A program made the position numbers and the translations under genes. A stretch of DNA of 58,638 nucleotides, counting the filler, from Sphacelaria rigidula (Eukaryota): NCBI GenBank assembly GCA_964200075.2. It is 9 parts of 9 records of this genome, joined end to end, with 100 filler letters (N's around TTAATTAATTAA, not from the genome) between each part and the next. Parts side by side here need not be neighbours in the genome. Positions count along the whole stretch, not along the records: positions 32,635 to 39,060 come from CAXNAA020020141.1; positions 39,161 to 45,586 come from CAXNAA020020142.1; positions 45,687 to 52,112 come from CAXNAA020020143.1; 6 more parts are not named here. One strand, given 5' to 3'. Shown one piece after another: positions 38,536 through 50,500 of the stretch. The notes under the pieces are model-generated. The model was not told the origin of the DNA. It did no database searches and saw only the letters and a list, made by a program, of their open reading frames with translations. Within the stretch, counting starts at the first letter, position 1, and each line of letters begins with the position of its first letter.

Positions 38536-39485
38536 GAATCACCGAAATGTTCGCGTGCAAAGCCTGTGTGGCCGTACTCTACGTTGATAAAGCTAGAAGA
38601 ACACCAGTGCAACGGCCATTCCGGCTGCCGGCCTGTGCACGGCCGTCCCGGTAGTGTTGGGACTGTCTGTACCGGGATGTCGCCCCCAGTGCCAGGAACG
38701 CCGGCAAGGGTCCGCAGCACTACCCACTGGTCGCGCGACAGGAGCTCAATCTTCGACTGTCGAGATTTTTCAAGCGGAAATGTTCAGCTCCCAACCCTCA
38801 CATATATAGCGGACCATAAACGATGCTTATTTGCTGGGTTTCTTCGAGCGTTCGTCTATAACTGGGCGAAGATTAATGATGAGACTGGCAGGATCCGTCT
38901 CAGCCGGCGGGATCAACTATCACACACGCGACCATTCGGCTCCTGTTTGGAAATCCTCTATCGCGATTTTCATCCTCTGGAGGGTAAATGACCCTGTGGA
39001 GGGTAAAATACCCTCTAGAGGTGTTTCATCCCTGTGGAATGGACATAAACGAATCCTCTGNNNNNNNNNNNNNNNNNNNNNNNNNNNNNNNNNNNNNNNN
39101 NNNNTTAATTAATTAANNNNNNNNNNNNNNNNNNNNNNNNNNNNNNNNNNNNNNNNNNNNCACTCATTTGTTGCTTGCCTTGTCGTTTGACCATTGACCA
39201 CGCATCCCTTTCGAGACGGAGCAGGATGGAGGGGGGCATATGCAACATGGCAAACCTCAAAAAGTAGAGTAGGTCACTCATGTTGAAGACCAAGAGTTGT
39301 TTTTAGGGAAGACGGAGAAGTACTTCAGTGCACAACATCGTGATATTTAACACGAATACATGCCAGCGTCTTCTCGTGCAAGCATGGCTGTAATTTCCTC
39401 AGCCTTCCCCACGAGACTGTGATTGAATCATGACCCTGGGTATTCTCTCACTACTTTGGTACTATACCTACCCCATATCCTGAAA

Positions 39486-39618
39486 GGGGGTGTACTCATG
39501 ATCATGCATACCATAGTCATAAGACCATTGACCTCGCATCTTTACAAAGCCGGGACGGAGCACGCCGGGTTTTCGTCGGACCAGGCTCGCACTCAAACCC
39601 CCAAGCGCGAAGCGCCGT
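39486..39618 (+). repeat. ~310-bp SINE-like repeat, 5' part
   Basis: GGGGGTGTACTCATGATCATGCATACCATAGTCATAAGACCATTGACCTCGCATC...; matches 42031 and the reverse complement of 54334. Confidence 0.8.
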
Positions 39619-40096
39619 ATCTTGCAAGGGGGGTATGATGTGCTGTCTAATACAGTTCTACCGTTGAAACAAGCTGGCATTTGCAACGCCTTTGTTCGTA
39701 CTGTACTCCTTACCCATCACTATCAACCGGTCTACGGTAACCTCCACCCCTTCCCCCCGCCGCCGCCGCCGCCGCCTGCGCGAACGTTCGAGTCCTTGCC
39801 ATCACTTCCGGAACACAAAATGGCATTCGCCTGGCGTAAACCATCTGCTGCAGTATATAGATACTGTGGCTATAACTACACGCTTCTCGCCGAGGTGGTC
39901 TGGACCAAGACTTTCAACGTGTCACTTGTCTCGATTCTTGTCCTTATTAACATTGAAGGTAACTAATTCATCTATTGCCGCTTGCAGGGGACGAGTGGGG
40001 ATTCCGATTCCGGCAAACGCAGTTTTCATCTGGGCGTTATCTGCTTTTCCGTCGTTGAATCAAAAGTATTAGGACCCCATTAGCAAAATAAGTTAC

Positions 40097-40302
40097 CAAG
40101 GGCGGGTCGAGTAGAGTATACTCAATTGTGGGGTATTTTGAAACTCGTACTTGAAGTACACAAATGCGGGGTAGGGTTTTGAGGATCGCTTTTCCCGTCA
40201 TTTTTTGGGTACGACTCCTAACACTCTACCCTAATTTGAGTACCTCACTAACGTCTTTCAAAATACCCCGCAATTGAGTATACTCTACTCGACCTGCTCT
40301 TG
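40097..40302. mobile_element. hAT-like MITE with 8-bp TSD
   Basis: taagttac|CAAGGGCGGGTCGAGTAGAGTATACTCAATTGTGGGGTATTTTGAAA ... TTTCAAAATACCCCGCAATTGAGTATACTCTACTCGACCTGCTCTTG|gaagttac (7/8 TSD match). Confidence 0.8.
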
Positions 40303-40310
40303 GAAGTTAC

Positions 40311-40543
40311 CAAGGTTATGTTCTGTAGGGCATACCGGCTGAAATTGGGGTATTTACAGAAGGACAAAAGAGATACTTTATCGGTAAATACCCTTCCGAA
40401 CCATACCGGATCGTTCGCAACGTGGCTCGGTACTCTGCCAGACCAAACCGGAATATTCGGTACATATTTCGGTATGGTTTACTGCAGTGAACCAACCAAA
40501 CCATCCCCCACTTCCGGGTACACCCTACAGAAACAAAACCCTG
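40311..40543. mobile_element. Second hAT-like MITE abutting the first
   Basis: CAAGGTTATGTTCTGTAGGGCATACCGG ... CCGGGTACACCCTACAGAAACAAAACCCTG imperfect TIRs. Confidence 0.6.
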
Positions 40544-40817
40544 GAAATTTGGTGAGGGTCGACACGGCGCGGGAGCGAGAACGTCCAAATCCGCGATATC
40601 TTAATTTCAGGTGTATACTATACGTGGTACATATTTCGTCTATTGTAACAATTGACCATATATTGTTCAAGGTCTACTCTTCTCTCACGATGTACGATTT
40701 CCCACGTTGAGAGCGTGATGACGTGCGTGACGTACGTGACGCACGTGAGTGGCAAAAGGAGTATGATTGGCTAAGTTTGTTGGATGACAGTCGACGCGGT
40801 GCGGGAGTGTTAGTCAT

Positions 40818-41576
40818 GATTGATTGATCTTTTTTATTGATTGTCGCACTTTAACTGACCCCCCAGGGGTCCAGCCGTGGTCTAATGATAGACGTACCTA
40901 GGAAAAACGAAACTGATTGCGACGAGAAAAAAAAAACGTTTCAACCGTGGGTTAATGACGACGGACTCGCGCCCTTACCTCGTCACGACTAGACGACACC
41001 GTCCCCTTGGGAGGTACAGCGCCAACAACTCCGGCACCATCGCTGCCGGACGTACGTTGCCCAGACCCACCACCGCCACTCCCGCTGCTGTCATCTCTAC
41101 CGTGGTCGCGGGAGTCACTCGACTGTCCCTCTGGGGAAAGAAACAAAATGGATGGGAGATCCGTTTAGCGTTACAACTCTTTGACCAGGTCTTTGACCAG
41201 GCACACCTCTGGGATCTAGACTCAAGAGCGTTCTTTTGGAGTCTTTTCATCATACTTTTAATCTCACCCGGCTCCGCCGCGGGTCCCGTAGTCGAAGGGG
41301 ATTCAATCGAGATTCCTCCGTCCTGGGCCCTACCCAGCCCCCCCCCCCCCCTCGACATTTTGCTGCCGGGAACTCGGGTCAGCACTCCCGCGCCCCCCAT
41401 CGATTCTCGTCGATTTTTTTTTTATTTTCCATTCGCGTCCTCACGCTTTCGACGACGGAAGCCAGATTTCTGTTCCGAAAGAATGTATGTGTCGGCGTTC
41501 ATACCCGCGACCTCCCGCCCTATCTGGCTTTTTAGTGCTGTATCGTTTTAGTTTAGACCACCAGGACGCAGTGGCC
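40818..41576 (-). mobile_element. Putative SINE with degenerate tRNA-like head and LINE-type 3' tail
   Basis: 5' end GCGTCCTGGTGGTCTAAAC...GGTCGCGGGTATGAACGCCG (A/B-box-like). 3' end GACCACGGCTGGACCCCTGGGGGGGTCAGTTAAAGTGCGACAATCAAT is nearly identical to the LINE terminus at 58450-58495. Confidence 0.55.
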
Positions 41577-42030
41577 TATTTATACGTCAAAATCAAGGTC
41601 AAAACCCATCGTTTGCATTGCCCTAATATATAAATATAGACAAGCCGAACGGGACCCGGGGCTACACCCCGGTCCCATCCGTCTTTTTCGAGGGTCTCGG
41701 TGTTCTTGCCTTGCCAAGCTCTCGTGAAAATAGATCCTCTCTCGGAATGTTCATGCCCGCCGGAAACATTGCAGGACCACCGCGATCGTGCGTCTGTTCG
41801 AACGGTCACGAACGCATGTGTACCCCCACACAAAGTAAAGCACGAATCCGCTAACCGAGCCCCTAGCATTGGCATTGGCCCGAACAGTCATCTCCCGGGG
41901 CGGGGGCGGAGGAACTTGCACACTAAAATCAGCATTGAATCTCGTGGACGCCTCGTTACAAAGTATGCTTCACGATCGTGAGTTCGAAATATTCTATATA
42001 TATATATATATATATATTGTATATATGGTA

Positions 42031-42344
42031 GGGGGTGTACTCATGATATTGCACACGGTCGTCATAAGACCATTGACCTCGCATCCCTACAAAGCCCGGA
42101 CGGAGCACGCCGCGTTTTCGGCGGACCAGGCTCGAGAAATCAATCTCCAAGCGCAAAGCGCCGTGATATTTCGGCGAGTCGCATGAAGGGTGAGCTGCAT
42201 CCTGCTAAGATTGTTCGGCCCGAGGCCTACTGATTATCTTACATGGGGATGACAACCGCCAATGAGTCGCTTCATCTTTTGGTATCGCCACTTCCAGAGA
42301 CAGCAGCGACTTACACACTGCCTCATGGGCGTCTCACCATTCAA
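42031..42344 (+). repeat. ~310-bp SINE-like repeat, near full-length copy
   Basis: Aligns end to end with the reverse complement of 54017-54334; partial copies at 6528, 39486, 42591 and ~53910. Confidence 0.85.
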
Positions 42345-44167
42345 TACTGCGTAGTACGACCATCCTCTTTGCGCGGGGTTGAGGTTCTCCCACCCCGCAC
42401 AATATGATCTAGCTTAACCACCATCATGGTAACCGACAAAAAAACGCAAGCGAGAGGACAAAAAGGTACTCTGGTTGCCTAGCTTACGCAGTGAGCACCA
42501 TGGTCGCCAGCCGACGCCGGCGTGCTATACAGCGTCCTTGCCAACCGACGCCAACCCCTAGAAGGGAAACGTATACAGTAGGTCGCGGAAGGGGGATGTA
42601 ATCATGATCTTGCATATCATAGTCATAAGACCGTTGACGGGGGTGCACTTGAAGGTGGTATATAGTGCAAGCAAAAACCGACCTCCCTGAAACGGGACTC
42701 AGCCTTGAAGTCGATTGGACCCTACCTGCCGTAGGAACAGCGGTAGTAGCGCAAGCCGATTTTCACCGTAATCTGGGGGTCCATTCCGAAAAGGACTACG
42801 TCGTAGTGGGGAAACCACAGTTCCTTGTCTTTCCGTAGCCCTTTCTGTCCAATCCCTATGCTTCCCTCGGACGAGTCTGTGGGGTCTCATGGGATCAACT
42901 CATCTCTCTCCCGGTATCGACACTGGAAAATGACTATACAAGGAAATGCGGGTGTCTCGTACGAGAATTTTCTCGTTGCGAAAACCTCCTGCGCGCTTCG
43001 TGATCTCCCACGTCGCTGTTCTTGAAATTAGGGATGGTCGGCCATGTGCTCTACTTGCGTCCGCTCGTGGATAGCAGCATCAAGAACTGTTTGAGAGCTC
43101 GGATACAGAAGATGACCAACATTAAAAAAAAAACATACTAGGTCAAGACACTTCTACGATAGCCCCCCCCCAAAAAACGTCCCTGGTTTGGGGAGGCAAA
43201 ATCCTCACGTGAATCGAAATGGTAAAAGCCGAGCACAACGAGCGGCTCGGAATTTCCACGCTTGGGTTCGTTCCCGCTAATGTCGCCCATATGAGGCGCT
43301 CCATGCAATTCCGACCGCTCACTCCGTCGAAACTCAAAGAGCAAAGAACGTCAGGTCATGCGATAGTCCAGCATGTCTTGTTTTAAACGTGTATCTAAAG
43401 TGCTCACTCAAAATACTGTGGGTGTAGTTGTATAGGATGAGAATGACATACACACGAAGTACGTTGAATGCATGAGTACCGATTGACAAAAAAAGTTGTA
43501 CTTACTGTATTGATTTCGTATTGACTTCGTACCACAAATAACACGTGGCCTGAACCCGTACATCAGGCGCCGTATGACCGGTTTTTTCGAGACACGTTTT
43601 GAGCTATTTTTATCGGGGTGGGGGATTACCGTACAAAGTGTCGTCAGCCATTTTCTTTGTGTACTGCCGAATAGCCAACACTTGCTGGTTGCGCCGCAGT
43701 TCTGGCACCGTGAAATCACGCAGTCACTACATGAACATTGTATATTTTCAAGGGTATGTCGGGTAGGGTGAATACCCCGGTATTTGCTCTCCCGAAGTTT
43801 GGTGCTGCGATGGTCCGATATCCAAAATCCACCCAAATATTGGGTACGCGGTTAGGTACGATCGCAATATTCTACCCAACATACGGATATTGTTGAGTAC
43901 GATCTCAATACTCCACCCAAGCTTCGGGTACTTGGAGTGTACGGTTTTTCAAAATGCCCAAAATGTGCGAAATACCCTACGCAACCTTGCACGGTTAGGA
44001 GGAATCATCACGGGTTCGAATCACCGAATCTACGTCTTCTTGGGCCCGATTGCCCGAAAGGGAGAGAGAATAGGAGACCGCTGGTCCAAGGGGTATCCAC
44101 GCAACTTTTGCGCCATTCCACGTGTCTGGGCTGCGTGTACCTGGGTTGCAACGCTGAAAACAAAGCC

Positions 44168-44249
44168 CAGGGATTGATTCGTACGATTCGAAGCAATTAC
44201 ACTAAAACCAAGTAATTTTCAGATGAATCATTGATTTGTCCGACCCTTG
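44168..44249. repeat. Short dispersed element (CAAGGGTCGGACAAAT family)
   Basis: Reverse complement of 45515-45586; also at 7207-7255. Confidence 0.75.
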
Positions 44250-44607
44250 CAACCTTGTACCTTATGTTTTTCTCGAAGTTACACCTAGGGCTCTGGTGCC
44301 ACCCCGCGGGACTCTTCTACCGTGTCCGGTGACGGCATCTGAGTGAACGATATTCATCATATTTCCTGGAAATACATTCGGGGGAACATCTGGTCCAACC
44401 TTATGCGGAATACCTGATAACCTTGCTGATAATTGCTGCGATTATTTGATTTTCCTTTCCACACCAAGGTTAGCGTCCTCATCGAACAAACACCGAATAT
44501 TTTCAATCGCTGTCTGCTGGCTCTTCCACCGGTGGACGAGAAAGCTCAATACAAATACCCTCGCGGTGGATGCCAGACGTTGAGCGACATGCAATCCGAA
44601 ACTTTTT

Positions 44608-44795
44608 TGTAGTGCAGTGCAGTGTGGTGTAGTGCAGTGCAGTGCAGTGCAGTGCAGTGCAGTGCAGTGCAGTGCAGTGCAGTGCAGTGCAGTGCAGTGC
44701 AGTGCAGTGCAGTGCAGTGCAGTGTAGTGCAGTGTAGTGTAGTCAAGCGTAGTGCAGTGTGACGTAGTGTAGTGTAGTGTAGTGTAGGGTAGTGC
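44608..44795. repeat. (AGTGC)n/(AGTGT)n pentanucleotide microsatellite
   Basis: Directly visible; it produces the spurious HCTAL ORF. Confidence 0.95.
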
Positions 44796-46111
44796 AGTAT
44801 AGCAGGGTATAGGGTAGGGAAGGGTTAGGTAGGGTACTCTAGTGTACTAGAGCGTACTACAGAACAACATAGTATAGTTCGGTGCTGCACAGGGCGGCGT
44901 GTTTTACCTGAATCTTCACCGATCAGCTTGGGTATTGTCGGGATATACTCCAGCGCGTCTGGATTGCACGGTCTATACAGCACTACGTAGCAGCACGTCC
45001 TATATGCGCACCCGCAGCAGTACAGCGAGCGCAGCACCGGCCGGCCGTCGCGCTGCTGCCCAACGGTAAGCCAGATATTCGCCGTTTGCCTACGGGCTGC
45101 GGACACACGTTCTGGGTCCTCCTGAAAAAAAATGAAACAAACACGCATGCACGTCGGCACACGAGCCCGTCAGGAGGGAAAGTGTTGGATGAGGTTTCCC
45201 CCTTCCTTGAAGAAAAATAAGGGAAAAAAAAGAGAGAGAGGAAGGGAGGAAGGGAAAAAAACATGGCCAAATCGCGAGCGAGGCTTCTTGAACAAACAGG
45301 AACGAAAGGTGAAGTGAGTAAGATAGAATTCTGGTCCTTCGTTACTCCACTCGGAACTGTAAGGTGTCCTTTCTAATCGAAAAAAACTGGTGCATTTTGA
45401 CACTACTTGGAAACGGAGTCTTTGGGGGTCCGAACAAAGGAACCCCGGCAGTGCTGTCGATTCATTGTATCAATTTGATCTCCCGTCCTCCCGGGGGGCG
45501 AGGCAGAAAGTTGCAAGGGTCGGACAAATCAATGATTCGTCTGGAAATTACTTGGTTTTAGAATAATTGCTTCGAATCGTACGAATNNNNNNNNNNNNNN
45601 NNNNNNNNNNNNNNNNNNNNNNNNNNNNNNTTAATTAATTAANNNNNNNNNNNNNNNNNNNNNNNNNNNNNNNNNNNNNNNNNNNNACCTGGTGTCGGCC
45701 GACACATATATCGTGCGCTTCATCGATGACCCTGGACCCATACAGCTCAAGCTTCGGCCAGCACTTTACACCACCAGCCCATCTGCACCCCGCGGATCCT
45801 GGTGTCTCCAGCGTCTCCAGTCCAAAGGACTTCGCCGCGGTCTCCAGCGCAACATCGACCACACCCATGACGTCCACGCCCCGCTTTGAACCACGCTTCT
45901 TGTCGCGACAGTTGCCCCACCCCCATTTTTTCCCGTAAGCATTGTGTGCCCCCCCGTTCTCCACCAGGACCCTCTTCTACTATACCACGATAGCACGACC
46001 TACACCGAACAACGATCAAGAACTGCTGACACGACCTCTACCTACGATTACTGGAGCCATAGTATCCCCTCCATCTAGCGCTCGATCTTGTTGGATCACC
46101 GATTTTAAGCA

Positions 46112-46237
46112 CCTTTGGATTCCCCCAGGTTGACGCTCTTCTCCCTGTTGTACCTTTGGATTCTCCCAGGTTGAAGCTCTGCTCCCTGTTGTATCTTTGG
46201 GATTCCCCCAGGTTGAAGCTCTGCTCCCTGTTGTACC
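46112..46237. repeat. Three tandem ~41-42-bp units
   Basis: CTTTGGATTC(C/T)CCCAGGTTGA(C/A)GCTC(T/TG)...CTCCCTGTTGTA(C/T) repeated three times. Confidence 0.85.
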
Positions 46238-47529
46238 TCCCTGTTTTCCCCCCTGACTTTTGCTACGACGCCCAAGCAATTTGTGCTTCTTCGTTGATCG
46301 CTAGCACGGCGAAGCAGTTTGTGCTTCCGCGTTTCGGAGCAGTTTTTCTTTTCTACTCCTCGCACCAGTCTATGCTTCCGTTCTTTTGAGGTGTGGGAGT
46401 AGGGTACAGGATTGTTGGCACGGGAATGCCAGGTACGGGAGTGTTCCTTTAGGTATGCTTTAGTCGCTCATGACTTTACGAGTGAAGAAAAACCTTAGTT
46501 TTCGCCGCTTTGAGGATAAATCCTCGCAGCTGTAATAAAGGATTGTCTGGGTGGGTTAGTGTCATGAAGACGCATATTAGTCTGTTGATGCCGCTCCAGA
46601 CCGTTGTCGATTCTAGCCATGGCGTGCTTTTGTTCCGTAGACTACAAGTCTGTTCAGACTTCATCGGGTACGAATGTGAACCTGTATAATCACGGGAATA
46701 ATACGGGCTTTGTTCGCTGTAGCCACGAACAAACCCCCCTGATGAGCACTACCAACTGCTCCCATCTGCTAGCCAGCAAAAGGAAGTCTAACCATCGGTA
46801 AGAGATATTGGCTGGTCTGGGTTGGATTGATTGAGTGGTATCGGGGATATAATCAAGATAATTAAGAGAGAAGTCCAAGAACCTATTTGCGTGAACCTCG
46901 GCTAACATTTGGATATTGAGCAGGTTATACAGCCTTCTACACGGTGTAACAGTCTGACGATTGTGCACTTGCCGGACAAGCTTGTGCCTTAGGTTGCAAG
47001 GTATGTCCTTGCATTATACAGCCCCCTGCTATTTATTACACTGCATCAACGCTTGCAGAAAAACAACAATATCTTGCTCAAGAAAACGACAATTTTAAGG
47101 CTACGTTTTTTTAAACCTTGACCGCCTGTTATTGAAAATGCAAGTTTGGTCAAATACGGAATTGTGGCCTACGGAAAACACAGCGGTGCTCTGGAAGGGT
47201 CTCAACGAGTACAGCAAATCATTCCAAGGTGTCGAGCCCCGCCTAACCCTCTTTGCGGGCGAAAAACGATGGAGAAGGATCAAAAATGTACTTTTTGAAA
47301 AGGTTTATTTCTTTATACATGAGATGTAGTCTAAATCGTCACTCGTCCATCAACGGGTGCATATTTTCGTCGTTAATTTCATCCACTTTTCCCTGGTTTG
47401 CACGAGCTCGCCAATAACATTCTTCGTGTAATCTCGCTGCACTACCTTGAAGTTACTTTGCTAGATGCTCCCGCCGCCTGCGAGTGACAAGCCTTGTACG
47501 CGTCTATCATAAATGCTACCCTTGTGCAG

Positions 47530-50500
47530 GAACAAAAGAAGGTACCCGAATCATTCAGGGCGTGGGACCCCGCGGTCTTGACCCAGCTTCCCATTTACGT
47601 GCAGGAGAGTTTTCCTTTCATCCTTACGAAGAAGTCAGCGGTGCACAAGGATATCGTTAACGACTTGCGTGACAACGTCGTTAGAGGGGGGAAGAGTATT
47701 AGAGCGTGTTCATACGGGATCAGGCAAATGCATTTAGTGCGGTACCACGACCAGGAAAGTACTACAGCAAGCTGTTGTGGGATAGGAAATTCCCCTCGGT
47801 GGGTATACCGGTGAAGGAGGAAATATTCAGCGAGTTTGGAAACCGTAAGTATTACAATGGTTTCTCTCCGTCTGCGCACTACCTGAGGTCTTTGTGGACT
47901 GAAGTCCAGGAGAGGCGACCAGTGGCCAAGCTCGACAAATATGTGAAAGGAGGGGAGGGCGAGGTGCGTTGACAGAATATTCACGACTCTGCTAATACAT
48001 TGGGTAATCTTGGTCTCTATGTACAAGTAGAATGTTTTTGTTCGTGTCCTCAAACTGTTACTGACTACTTCGTTGCGATGTCGATTTCTTTACATATCGA
48101 TACTTCCTCCTGACCCCACGCACTTGCAGGAGGGTTGGACTCGTGAATATTTCTTGCAGCGACGCCAACAACAGATTGATGGGACTGTGCTAAGCATGGA
48201 CGGCTCATACAAATTCGTCAAATTGGTTCGTGTACGGGATGGAAAAGGTGCTGACGCACGGCCTATCTACTGTGTAATAACCGATTTCAACGAGTTCGAG
48301 CAGGTGGGTCATGCTCTGCGATCAGTCAGCGCGGCGATGATAGACCGAAGGCCATTCTGAGGCTATGCCACATTGATGGAACCATGTGATCTGAACTCGT
48401 CATGCTTGCAGCGCACTGCAGCGCAGTATGGTACCCCGGTATGTACATCGTTTCGATTGTGTAGTGCCCGCCTCACCTGCTTTCTCTGTTTTTTTCCAGT
48501 GAAGGGGTCGTGTGTGTGTGTGTGTTTTTTTTTTCGAGTTACAGGTGGCCATGCAGAAGGGTTTGGGTGGCGCATCAGTAAGAGAGATCAAGGAAGACCT
48601 GAAGCTGCTGCTGAGGGCTCGCTACAGAGACAGCGGATTCAAGCTCCCTCGAGTAGTGTACACGGATTTGTGTTGTGACGACCGACAGCTGCTTCGCGAG
48701 ATTCTCAACGAACTTCGGGACGAAGGGTGGGAGTATCACCTCGCAGACCCCGAGCCAACGGGACCAGAACAGCCGCTTTACAAGATTCCGGATGATGTTG
48801 ACGTTGTTTGCGTTCGGGCGAGCCAGCAGAATACTGTCTCGGAAGGTTTGTGCTCAAAACTTGAGAGCGAGATCGCTGCAAACGGCCACGTCATGGGCCT
48901 GGACATCGAGTGGGAGCTACCGAGGGTCGGCAGCTCTCCAAATCCTCCTGCCATCATTCAGCTGGTTGCAGGAAAACTCGTGGTGATATTTCAAGTCTTG
49001 CACGGCCAAAGGTTGGCACCCAAGGCGCTTCCATCGTCACTGCAGAACATTTTGGAGAACTCCAAGATCGTTAAGGCCGGTGTTGCGATTTCTGCCGAAT
49101 GTATACGGCTACGGAATTTATACAACGTGGAAGTCGCGAACGCAGTCAACTTGGTTAGGCTCGGCCGTGACCGCCAGGTAAAGTTGGGAAGAAACGGTCT
49201 CGCAGATCTATGTGCTGATCTTCTAGGAAAGCGCCTAGAGAAGGAGCAACATCTACGAGTGTCAAAATGGAACACGCCACATCTTTCGGACGCCCAGAAG
49301 GGGTGGGTGCCTGTGTAGCTGCAGTTGACTGTTGTGAGGATTTAGGTGCTTTGTGTTGTTCTTCTTGCTGCCGAAAGACTGTACGCGTCGACGTTTTATC
49401 AGCTTTGTTTTCGGTTTTCCTGAATTGTCATGGGCCTCTATTGTTGGATTCTTAGAGAGGGACGTCTGAGTTGCTGTCAAGTTCTCCACTTGCGCAGAGA
49501 AGGAAAATTGTACGTTTGAACAAGCCGACTGCACACGTGTCATCCTCTTGCATACTGACATTTTGTTGGCGTGGCTTCCACCCCTAGTGTTGCTGTCATT
49601 TCTCGTGCCGACGCATTTCCTACTGCTAACTAAAAATCGTCGTTCTTGATTACTGCCCCGCACATTTGCGTACGTCGCCCCTGCACTGCGCAGGTATGCT
49701 GCACGAGATGCGCACGCATCGTTCGCGCTTTATGGCCGTATTGTGGAGCTGTCTGATCCCATCTTTGGGGAGCCGGACGGTCTCGAGGCGGGGGATCGTG
49801 CCCGCCTCTACATGGAGACAGGTCCCATTTGTATTGCGGAAGATGTTTTGCAGGAGTACCCGCATCGCACGTGGGGTAATTCGGAACTGGTGGTCGGCAA
49901 ACGAGCCACTCGAAGCAAAGCGCAACGGTGGGTTGTGCGTATTGATTGGGCGTTGGTGAATCGAGCGCACGTCATGTACCAAGACAGCGACCAAGGTAAA
50001 ATACAAGGGAGAGCGAAGGTCGTGGACAGAGTGGGCGAGCTCGTGCTGTGGGACAGCCATCGTATGCGAAAAGCTATCAACAGCGAGGGTACGAAAGCGG
50101 GCGCTGCCAGCAGCGTGGGTGCAGAGACGGGCACAGACAGCGAGAAGGCTGCAGGAGCTAGTGCTGTCGACAGCGGAGGTTTAGTAGCGAGCGCCGCCAG
50201 TACCGCGGGCGCGGAGGCGAGCGCCGCCAACAGTGCGGGCGCAGGGTTGAGCGCCGCCAACAGCGCGGGCCAAGGGACGGACACAGGGACGGACACCGCC
50301 AGCAGTGGGAGCGCAGGGGTGAGCGCCGTCGGCAGCACGCATGCAGGAGCGGGCGCTGGGGCCCGGATCGCTGGGCGTCATGAGGACTCCACTGTTGAGA
50401 GTCTGTTCGTGAGCCCATCAGAGTCTTTCTTTCAAGGAGAGCTGTGCGGGCTCGAGAAACTAAGCGCGGCCGCGGTTGATCTGCTCGGCGAGGCTTTCGG

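Noticed and set aside
45687..45964. Minus-strand VIDEAHDICVGRH resembling a Gypsy integrase zinc-binding start
   Set aside because: Single short motif at the contig edge; upstream sequence does not resemble RNase H.
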